Origin: an uncultured Muribaculaceae bacterium
GTDB lineage: Bacteria > Cyanobacteriota > Vampirovibrionia > Gastranaerophilales > Gastranaerophilaceae
Reading direction: 5' to 3'
Length of the DNA stretch: 64,000 bases
Assembly: GCA_964453315.1 (NCBI GenBank)
Contig: CAYVSD010000003.1
Location: forward strand, 8,689-72,688
The position numbers and the translations under genes were made by a program. Positions 19,041-26,400 of the stretch are shown here, piece by piece. Below the pieces are notes generated by a model. That model had not been told where the DNA came from, made no database searches, and saw nothing but the letters and a program-made list of their open reading frames with translations. Each line of letters begins with the position of its first letter. Position 1 is the first letter of the stretch.

Positions 19041-22000
19041 TTATATCAAATCAAGCCTGCAAAGTTGTTTATATGCACAGAATTTACAAGCCCCGTCGCG
19101 AGTTTCACGTATTGGTTCAAATTTTAATTCTTTAATATTTTTAAAAGTTTCTTTTATTTTGTTTTCAATATATTCCATATCAGAAGCGTCAAGTTCTTTA
19201 TATACACTCTTATTAGGGTATTCTACAAAAATTATACCTGTATGCGCAACTTTTTTGCCTGAAAACTTTTCAAAAGCATACTTATAAAAACAAAGTTGAT
19301 TGTAATATCCTTCTTTCTCCTGACCTAATGCAATTTTGTTTTCTGTCGCATAATACCCTGTTTTATAGTCAAACAGAGAATATGTGCCGTCTTTATTCTT
19401 TTCAATACGGTCAATTTTACCCGTAATTAAATCCCCGTCAACTTCAACCCCTCGAAAACTAAACTCAATATCTTCAACCATATGAATAGGTGTTTGTTTA
19501 AATATAGGATAATAGCCTTCAATTACAGCTAAACCCGCTTTTTCAAACTTCTCTTTTGAAGCTTCACTTGTAAATCTTTGGGTATCTAATAACTTGTTAA
19601 ATTCTCGTGTAATTTCTTCGGTTGCTGGATAATCCCCTTTCTCTTTTGCATATTTAACGGCATTTTCCAAGATTTTGTGAATTACCGTACCAAAATTTGC
19701 ATTATCCCAATCTGCATCTTCAACATCTATTCCTAAAATCTTTGTGTAGAAAAATTTTCGAGGACAACCGATGTAATCATTCATTCTGCTTAACGAAAGT
19801 TCAAGCTTTTCAACTCTTTCCTGAATTTCAGATTTAAATGCTACTTGATTATCATAAACATCTCTTGACAAACTGCGGAAAAATTCAGCAGTAAAATCAT
19901 CTTCATTATATTCATAAGTTCGGCTGTCAAAATCATAATTTGATAGATTTAACAGATATTTTGTAAGTTGATTCGCTCTATCTCCCTCTTTGTCAGCAAA
20001 AGAAATTGTCAAAGCATGTTTTGCCCTTGTTATTCCGACAAATAGCAGTTTTAACAATTCTGTATTTTTTTTACTCTGTGCTTCGTCTTTATCTAAAACT
20101 TCCTCTGTTATAAGTTTGTATTCCCCCGGCATTGTAAAGTCTTCCCAGTTGCGAGAAATTAAATTCGGCAAGTATACATACTCAAATTCTCTGCCCTTTG
20201 ACCCATGGTAAGTCGTTAACTGAACGGCATTTTGAATAATTGTGTTTTTATCCGTTGTAATATCTATCTCATTATTCCAACAATCATCAAGGTATTTTAC
20301 AAAATCACCCAGCGAACGGGTAAAGTCAAGATTGCCAAATTCAGTTGCTTCCTCAATGATTTTTTTAATCCCCATAAGGTTTTCCATACGATTTTTCTCT
20401 TCTTTATAAAAAGCTTCTAAAATTCCCGTACGGTTTACTATTTCAACAACGGTTTCTCTTAGTTGATTTGTGGCAGAGAATTCTTGCAAATATTTAAAGT
20501 TTGCTAAAAATTCTTCTATTTTTTGAGGATTTTTCCAGCCGTCTAAATTACGCATAAGCGAAATAAAATCATTCGATTCATCTTTTTTATAGAGTTGTTT
20601 TTCGTGCAAAATTCTATTGTAATCTTCTAAATCCAATTTAAACGGCTCGGACAGTAAAAGTCCGAAAAGTTTGTCGCTTGATAGCAAGTAATTATCTAGT
20701 GCTTTCATATAAAAATAGAGTAAAATAGAAGAACGAATAGAAAAAATACTTTTACCTTCATCTATCTGAAACGGAATATTTTTTCCCTTCAACATTTCAG
20801 CATAACTTTGCAATTCAGGACGTTTTTTAGAAATAATTGCAATCTGAGATAAATCTTTTTCGCCATTTTCATTTTTAGGACAAGAGTCAGAATTTACAAG
20901 GTTTTGGATTTCTTCAACAATATGGTTCATTTCCTGTAAACTGTCCCCGAAATGCAAATTCCTGACCTTTTTATCTAACGGTGTAATTTTTGGATTTTTT
21001 GCTGTTAATTTTTTAGAAATATTTTTATCCTGAAATTTCTTATTATTTTCAAGGCGGTTTTCATCCTGAGATATAACTTCATAACTGAAATCCAAAATTG
21101 ACTGAGTAGAACGGTTATTTTCTTTCAGACAAATAACTTCCGTTTGCGGATATTTAATTAAAAAGTTTTCAATACTATCAAGTTTTGCGCCCTGAAAACC
21201 ATAAATAATCTGATCATCATCACCCACAACAAAAATATTTTTTTCTTCGTTTGCGTCAACTAAATTAAAGATAATTGAATTTTGAGAATCGTTTGTGTCT
21301 TGATATTCGTCAACTAAAAAATACCTGTATTTGTTTGAAACCTCACGTAAAAATGCTTTATCATTTTCAAACTCATCAAGAACAAAGTTTATCATATCCG
21401 AAAAGTCAATAAGATTATGCTCAATCATTTTTTTAGAATACAATTCGTACAAATTCCAAAGTTCTTTTGCTTTTTCAATATTGTTTTTAATTTTTTCTAT
21501 TTCTGTGTAACGGGTTTTGTTGCGTGTTTCGCCACGCTGTTCACGTTCATAAATCTCACTTTCAACTTCTTTTAAGCGTGGCATTAAAGTTGGATTAGTT
21601 TCAATACAAGCTAAATATTTATCTTTAGTTATGCGTTTAGACTTTAATTTTTCAATATAATCAATAAAATTTTTTGTAAAATAATATCTGTCCCCTCGAG
21701 TTGGTACAAAATATTGGAGTTTAATTTCATCAATACATTCACGCATTAAAGAAATTTTTTCCGTTCCGTTGATTAACCTTATACCAACGGCTAAATCAAA
21801 TTGTGAAGGGTAAAGTTTAATCAAGTCATTACAGAATGAATGATAAGTATAAATATCCACAGAAGTTGCAATTACGCCCATTTTTTTGATTAATCTTTGG
21901 CGCATTTCATTTGCAGCAGCATCGGAGAATGTCAAACAAAGAATTGACGAAGGTTTAACCCCTTGCTCTAACATCTTTTCTATTCGGTGTATAACAGTAA

Positions 22001-22094
22001 AAGTTTTCCCAGTTCCAGGACCTGCCAAAAGCATCACAGGGCCGTTTAATATATCTATCGTTCTTTGTTGATTTTCGTTTAGTGTAATCGCCAT
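19041..22094 (-). CDS. UvrD/PcrA-type SF1 helicase fused to a C-terminal Cas4/AddB-like PD-(D/E)XK nuclease with a Cys cluster
   Basis: 1017 aa. Helicase: AGPGTGKTF, LVDEYQDTN, VGDDDQIIYGFQGA, TYHGSKGREFEYVYL, VGITRAK. Nuclease: GCPRKFFY, GKIDRIE...LFDYKTG, QLCFYKYA, CKFCAYKQLC. Confidence 0.85.
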   Translation of the reverse strand: MAITLNENQQRTIDILNGPVMLLAGPGTGKTFTVIHRIEKMLEQGVKPSSILCLTFSDAAANEMRQRLIKKMGVIATSVDIYTYHSFCNDLIKLYPSQFDLAVGIRLINGTEKISLMRECIDEIKLQYFVPTRGDRYYFTKNFIDYIEKLKSKRITKDKYLACIETNPTLMPRLKEVESEIYEREQRGETRNKTRYTEIEKIKNNIEKAKELWNLYELYSKKMIEHNLIDFSDMINFVLDEFENDKAFLREVSNKYRYFLVDEYQDTNDSQNSIIFNLVDANEEKNIFVVGDDDQIIYGFQGAKLDSIENFLIKYPQTEVICLKENNRSTQSILDFSYEVISQDENRLENNKKFQDKNISKKLTAKNPKITPLDKKVRNLHFGDSLQEMNHIVEEIQNLVNSDSCPKNENGEKDLSQIAIISKKRPELQSYAEMLKGKNIPFQIDEGKSIFSIRSSILLYFYMKALDNYLLSSDKLFGLLLSEPFKLDLEDYNRILHEKQLYKKDESNDFISLMRNLDGWKNPQKIEEFLANFKYLQEFSATNQLRETVVEIVNRTGILEAFYKEEKNRMENLMGIKKIIEEATEFGNLDFTRSLGDFVKYLDDCWNNEIDITTDKNTIIQNAVQLTTYHGSKGREFEYVYLPNLISRNWEDFTMPGEYKLITEEVLDKDEAQSKKNTELLKLLFVGITRAKHALTISFADKEGDRANQLTKYLLNLSNYDFDSRTYEYNEDDFTAEFFRSLSRDVYDNQVAFKSEIQERVEKLELSLSRMNDYIGCPRKFFYTKILGIDVEDADWDNANFGTVIHKILENAVKYAKEKGDYPATEEITREFNKLLDTQRFTSEASKEKFEKAGLAVIEGYYPIFKQTPIHMVEDIEFSFRGVEVDGDLITGKIDRIEKNKDGTYSLFDYKTGYYATENKIALGQEKEGYYNQLCFYKYAFEKFSGKKVAHTGIIFVEYPNKSVYKELDASDMEYIENKIKETFKNIKELKFEPIRETRDGACKFCAYKQLCRLDLI

Positions 22095-22145
22095 TCTTAA
22101 ACTCCTTTAAATTTATTCTAACATGATTATTTTAAAGGTATGCTA

Positions 22146-22160
22146 TGTCAAATATGGACA
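22146..22160 (-). promoter_or_regulatory. Operator/promoter motif copy 1 (TGTCAAataTGGACA)
   Basis: Lies 52 nt upstream of the helicase-nuclease start. Same 15-mer family as 19024-19038 and 17989-18003. Confidence 0.45.
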
Positions 22161-22369
22161 TAAAATATCCATTCTGTTTTAGCATCATGATAAAAAACAA
22201 AAAAATAGTAAATAACGTTAATAGATAAATTAGTTAATTATTTAATAGATATACTCACTATAAATTTGTTTCATGGTTAAAATGACAAGCTTTATGCCTG
22301 TCGTTTGCGTTATAGCAGAATTTAAGGAATTGATCTTAGCTGTTAATTCTAAAAAGAAAATAACTCCCC

Positions 22370-23083
22370 TTATCTTCTAATTTTATGTTTGATCTTGGTG
22401 TTTCCAATAAATATTTTATCCAAATATTTCAAAAAAGTTTTTCTTATTTTACCCGGAGAACCGAAAAATATTTCTTCAGATTTTGTAAAATGCTTACCTT
22501 GTTCAAGTTTATTTTTTATTAATGTAAGCGTACATATTAAATCTGCTGTTTGGAATAATTTATAATCTTTTGGCAAAACTTGTCTAAAATCACAATCATT
22601 ACTCAATAATGTATTAAATACTGCAACAAGTATTTGTGTTAGTTGATATTGACCGTTGTCATAATAAATAATAATATTATCAAAATTTGAAAAATATTCA
22701 AAGTTGTCACGAATTAATGCTGCTATTTGTTTAGATAGTTGCCTTGTAATTTCAAGTTGTGTAGATTGCGGGTGTTTATGAACAACTAAACTTGCATACG
22801 AAATTTCTATATTTTTAGTAAAGCAGAATAATTTATAAAACAACTTGCGGCGAATACTGATATCAACATCTTTGTAACTCTGCTCTTTTCTAACTAAAGG
22901 TGCTGTATGAATTGTATGATTTTTAAACCCAATTTCTGTAATAGAATGATCCAATTGCAAGACTTGATCTTTTATGGAATTTTGTTGTTCGTGAAAGACA
23001 AATGAAACAATATAGTATGGGGATTTTTCATTAAATTTTCCAAAATCTCCGGATTCATCAACAAATATGCTTAATTCCTTCAC
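22370..23083 (-). CDS. DUF3800-family protein
   Basis: LSIFVDESGDFG near the N-terminus is the DUF3800 hallmark. I prefer the GTG start at 23083 (Shine-Dalgarno AAGGGG at 23094-23089) over the track's ATG at 23143, which would translate through a GC-rich hairpin. Confidence 0.65.
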   Translation of the reverse strand: MKELSIFVDESGDFGKFNEKSPYYIVSFVFHEQQNSIKDQVLQLDHSITEIGFKNHTIHTAPLVRKEQSYKDVDISIRRKLFYKLFCFTKNIEISYASLVVHKHPQSTQLEITRQLSKQIAALIRDNFEYFSNFDNIIIYYDNGQYQLTQILVAVFNTLLSNDCDFRQVLPKDYKLFQTADLICTLTLIKNKLEQGKHFTKSEEIFFGSPGKIRKTFLKYLDKIFIGNTKIKHKIRR

Positions 23084-23189
23084 TCTATCCCCTTTACTAA
23101 AAATGGCAGGAATGACTCCTGCCGTGGTGGACCGAGGCCACATAGCCAGCCCATATCTGTATTATAACACATTGTAACACAAATTTCAA
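23084..23189 (-). promoter_or_regulatory. Near-consensus promoter plus GC-rich structured leader / terminator-like hairpin upstream of DUF3800
   Basis: Minus strand: TTGAAA (23189-23184), 17 nt, TATAAT (23166-23161). A leader of about 70 nt contains GGCAGGA-gtcat-TCCTGCC followed by ATTTTT (plus-strand hairpin 23106-23124). Confidence 0.45.
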
Positions 23190-23197
23190 GTGTTACA

Positions 23198-23764
23198 CTA
23201 AATTTTTCTATATAAATCCGCTAAATTTTTATTTTTTATAACTTCTAGATTCTTCATTTCCTCGTAATTATTTTGTTCTTTTCCGGTTAATGTATAGTTA
23301 CAAAATTTAATTTCAGGTAATGATAACAGATTACTAAATACTTGAAAATTGTAGGGATGTTTTAAGTTAACTACCAAATAATCATTTAGATAATTATAAA
23401 GCATTTCTTTTTTAATTTCTTCATCTAAACTTTTTATATTTGTAATTTTTACTCTTTTTTTGACTTTTTCTATAGACTGTTCTTTTACAAATTTAGTAAA
23501 TTCTTGTAAATTTAGAGAGAATTTATCATTTTCATTGAAAGTACTAAGCTTAGAAAGTGCAAGTAATGTTTTTAAAACTAAGTATTGATCTTTTGTATAG
23601 CATCCCAGTTTTGAGTTTTTTCCATAAACACTTCCGCAAATGTAGCATTTAAATTTTGTGCAGTTTTCACCTTTTGATACTGCTCCATATCGTCCGCATT
23701 TTTTACATTTATATCTTTTCTGTCCTTCAATGTATCTAAAGCTCATAGTTATATTATAATCCAC
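23198..23764 (-). CDS. Hypothetical zinc-ribbon protein
   Basis: 188 aa. The N-terminus has CKKCG...C...CYICG (two CxxC pairs). The rest is helical and Lys-rich. No family recognised. Confidence 0.5.
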   Translation of the reverse strand: MDYNITMSFRYIEGQKRYKCKKCGRYGAVSKGENCTKFKCYICGSVYGKNSKLGCYTKDQYLVLKTLLALSKLSTFNENDKFSLNLQEFTKFVKEQSIEKVKKRVKITNIKSLDEEIKKEMLYNYLNDYLVVNLKHPYNFQVFSNLLSLPEIKFCNYTLTGKEQNNYEEMKNLEVIKNKNLADLYRKI

Positions 23765-23940
23765 TATTTTTTATAAAGAGGATTATCTTAAGTTATGTAA
23801 AGTTACCTATTTACAATGGTTTTCAGGTTTTGACGCAAAAAATTACCTTTACTATAAGGACCCTTCTTTAAATTTATATAGATTGGAAAAGCCAATCTGT
23901 TTGAACAAAATTCAAACGCACTAATTATAAGGAGTTCACT

Positions 23941-25389
23941 ATGAACAAATTATTAAATTTAAAGCAGCAAGAGCTTGCTGATCTTAAAACTATTGAAGCA
24001 AAAATCGGATCTGGTATTAAGAGTAAAGATTTATCTTCAAAAGAGTTAGAAAATGTTGCGCGGTCAGTTTTAAAAAACTTTAAACGTATAATGGAAACTG
24101 ATTCGAACAACAATCTTAACGTAGTCGATGTAAATTCAATAGTTGTTCGGGATAGCAATCCTCGTAAACATTCTAAAAAACAACTTCAAAAGTTGAAAAA
24201 TGCAATCAAAAAATTCGGCTATACTGCACCGATTATCGTAGATGACAAATATCATCTGATATCCGGAGAGCTCCGGCTTCAGGCTATAAAAGATTTAAAA
24301 ATAGACAAAATTCCTGCTATAGTTCTTGAAAATATAACTGAAGAACAAGCTCGTGCAATACGAATTGCAGATAACCGAATTGCAGAAGACGGGACTTGGA
24401 ATTTTTCACTTTTAAAAGAAGAACTTGATAAAGTTTTGAAATTCGAGATAACTTTTGAAGATGTTGGTTTTGAAACAATTGATTATGACAAAATCTTTCT
24501 ATCTAAAAGTTCTGAAGATAACAGTGTCGATAATAGTGAAGATAGTTCCTGGCTTGATGAAAATATTCCAAAGTTGGTTAACAAAGGTGATTTAATCCGG
24601 CTCGGAGATCATTTCCTGTTTTGCGGAGATTCATTGGATGAAAAGTCTTTTGAAACCGTAATGCAGGGTGAAAAAGCACAAATAATTATAACCGATCCAC
24701 CGTATAATTGCCCGATAGATAAATATGTCTGCGGACTTGGCAAAACCAAGCACGAAGAATTTGAAATGGCATCCGGTGAAATGTCAGAAGTTGAATTTGG
24801 ACAATTTATTTCAAGATTTGTTTCAAATCTTGTGAAGTATTCAGATGACGGTTCACTACATTACCTTTTCATGGATTGGAAAGGTATAAATATTTTACAA
24901 AATCAATGCAACAGATTATATAACGAACAGCTTAATCTTGCTGTTTGGAATAAGGGTGTAGGTGGTATGGGTGCGTTTTATCGTTCTCAGCATGAATTAG
25001 TTGCTATTTATAAAAACGGCAAAGGTAAACATCAAAACCACATACAACTTGGCAAATATGGAAGATACCGAACGAATGTTTGGGATTACCCTGGAATACG
25101 TGCAACAAATCCAGGTTCACTGGAACTTTTAAAGCTTCATCCGACAGTAAAACCTGTTGCAATGTTGCACGATATTCTACTCGATGCATCGAGTAAAAAT
25201 GAAGTTGTTCTTGATTGTTTTGGCGGTAGCGGAAGTACATTACTTGCAGCAGAACGAGCAAAACGCAGAGCAAGACTTATTGAAATAGACCCGCGTTATT
25301 GTGATGTTACCATTTGGCGTTGGGAAAAAGAAACAGGTAAACAAGCAAAAATACTTAAAAATATAGAGGAGATAAACAATGCAGAATAA
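23941..25389 (+). CDS. ParB-like nuclease domain fused to a beta-class N4/N6 DNA methyltransferase
   Basis: 482 aa. ParB/Srx-like N-domain (NPRKHSKKQLQKLKNAIKKFGYTAPIIV...ISGELRLQA). Motif IV IITDPPY precedes motif I VLDCFGGSGST, the beta-class order. Confidence 0.8.
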   Translation: MNKLLNLKQQELADLKTIEAKIGSGIKSKDLSSKELENVARSVLKNFKRIMETDSNNNLNVVDVNSIVVRDSNPRKHSKKQLQKLKNAIKKFGYTAPIIVDDKYHLISGELRLQAIKDLKIDKIPAIVLENITEEQARAIRIADNRIAEDGTWNFSLLKEELDKVLKFEITFEDVGFETIDYDKIFLSKSSEDNSVDNSEDSSWLDENIPKLVNKGDLIRLGDHFLFCGDSLDEKSFETVMQGEKAQIIITDPPYNCPIDKYVCGLGKTKHEEFEMASGEMSEVEFGQFISRFVSNLVKYSDDGSLHYLFMDWKGINILQNQCNRLYNEQLNLAVWNKGVGGMGAFYRSQHELVAIYKNGKGKHQNHIQLGKYGRYRTNVWDYPGIRATNPGSLELLKLHPTVKPVAMLHDILLDASSKNEVVLDCFGGSGSTLLAAERAKRRARLIEIDPRYCDVTIWRWEKETGKQAKILKNIEEINNAE

Positions 25390-25831
25390 GGATATCAAAG
25401 AAGAAAAAGTAGGCTATAAAAACCCGCCAAAATCAAGCCAGTTCAAAAAGGGACAATCAGGAAACCCTGCCGGCAGAAAGAAAAGAATCATTCCAAAATC
25501 ATTTTATGAGGCATTTATTATTTGTGCCAATGAAATAAAAACCATAAGAAACGAAAACGGAGTTCCTCAAAGATTCAGTATGTTTGAGATTTTTTGTAAA
25601 AAGATTATACAGGATGCTTGTCAAAAAGACGGTTATTCTCGTAAATTCTTAATGGATACGTTCTTGAAAATTGATTTAGAAACAGCATACAAAGCTCTTG
25701 TTGAAAAATCTAAACCCAAGACTGAAGAAACTATTGATCATGTAAAACTTCGTAATTACTTAGAGGAAATATATTTGGAAAAATTAAGAGAAGAACAAGC
25801 AGAAAGTGAGAAAAACGGGGATTTTTCATAA
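25379..25831 (+). CDS. DUF5681-like protein (phage/plasmid associated)
   Basis: 150 aa. KNPPKSSQFKKGQSGNPAGRKK matches the F.kGqSGNP.GRpkG signature. It overlaps the preceding gene by 11 nt. Confidence 0.5.
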   Translation: MQNKDIKEEKVGYKNPPKSSQFKKGQSGNPAGRKKRIIPKSFYEAFIICANEIKTIRNENGVPQRFSMFEIFCKKIIQDACQKDGYSRKFLMDTFLKIDLETAYKALVEKSKPKTEETIDHVKLRNYLEEIYLEKLREEQAESEKNGDFS

Positions 25832-25841
25832 AAAATTCCCT

Positions 25842-25878
25842 GCTAATTCCCTGTTCTTTGAAAAAACAGGGAATTAGC
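25842..25878 (+). terminator. Long perfect hairpin after the DUF5681 gene
   Basis: GCTAATTCCCTGTT (25842-25855) and AACAGGGAATTAGC (25865-25878) form a 14-bp perfect stem. A weak T tail follows. Confidence 0.45.
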
Positions 25879-26020
25879 TTAATCTCTTGATATTGCTTGG
25901 TTTTAAATAATTTCGAGTGAATAATTCGTATAAAATCCCTGTAAAATCTGTTTTGCAGGGATTTTAATAGCCTAAAACCCAGATATAACGGAGCCAATAG
26001 CTCGCAGGACTGCTTCCGCC

Positions 26021-26093
26021 AGTTTATATATTGTAAATTAATATTTGTTTGGGAGGAGTACTATAGATTTTCAGGACATTTGTGATGGGAGTT
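26021..26093 (+). repeat. Copy A of a repeated end-like module (candidate transposon end or att sequence)
   Basis: 38 of the first 40 nt are identical to 52482-52521 (AGTTTATAT.TTG.AAATTAATATTTGTTTGGGAGGAGTA). Shared CAGGACATTTG and AGTTT blocks follow. TGTAAATT at 26032 would be a Mu-like TG terminus. Confidence 0.6.
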
Positions 26094-26160
26094 TTTAGGC
26101 AAAGTGACCTAATTTTAGGGCAATAGAGGCAGATTTATAGTGTAGAGATTTGCCGGACTA

Positions 26161-26292
26161 TTTTTGCACTTTTGTCCTAATTTTTGCACTATTTTGCACT
26201 AAAAACTTGTCACCCTGAACTTGTTTCAGGGTCTATCCCGCTTGGTATTTAATTTTTAGCGAGTGCAAATAAGTGCAACAAAGTGCAAAAAT
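26161..26292. promoter_or_regulatory. Iteron/operator cluster: 3 x TTGCACT and 3 x AGTGCAA in inverted orientation around a hairpin
   Basis: TTGCACT at 26164, 26184 and 26194. AGTGCAA at 26262, 26272 and 26282 (10-bp phasing). Central hairpin ACCCTGAA/TTCAGGGT at 26212-26232. Located 110 nt upstream of the transposase ATG. Confidence 0.5.
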
Positions 26293-26400
26293 AATTTATC
26301 TTGCATTTTGATATGTGTAGAAATGTCTCTGAGATTGAGATGCAAGACTTGATGTTTCCGAGACAAAGAGCGATTAATGTGTGTATAAAGGAATACGCAC

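Noticed and set aside
23084-23143. 20-aa N-terminal extension of the DUF3800 ORF (MWPRSTTAGVIPAIFSKGDR)
   Set aside because: The ATG at 23143 has no RBS. The extension is encoded by the GC-rich hairpin. DUF3800 proteins normally begin right at the 'DESG' strand. The GTG at 23083 has a good Shine-Dalgarno.
23100-23160. tRNA or tRNA fragment in the GC-rich patch
   Set aside because: The hairpin could mimic an anticodon arm (loop AGTCATT), but U33 is absent. There is no T-arm (GTTCRANYC) or acceptor pairing.
23925-24158. 77-aa minus-strand ORF
   Set aside because: It is antisense to the well-supported ParB-methyltransferase N-terminus, and it lacks an RBS and any motif.
25731-25997. 88-aa minus-strand ORF
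   Set aside because: It overlaps the 3' end of the DUF5681 gene and two long hairpins, and it has no RBS. It is most likely non-coding.
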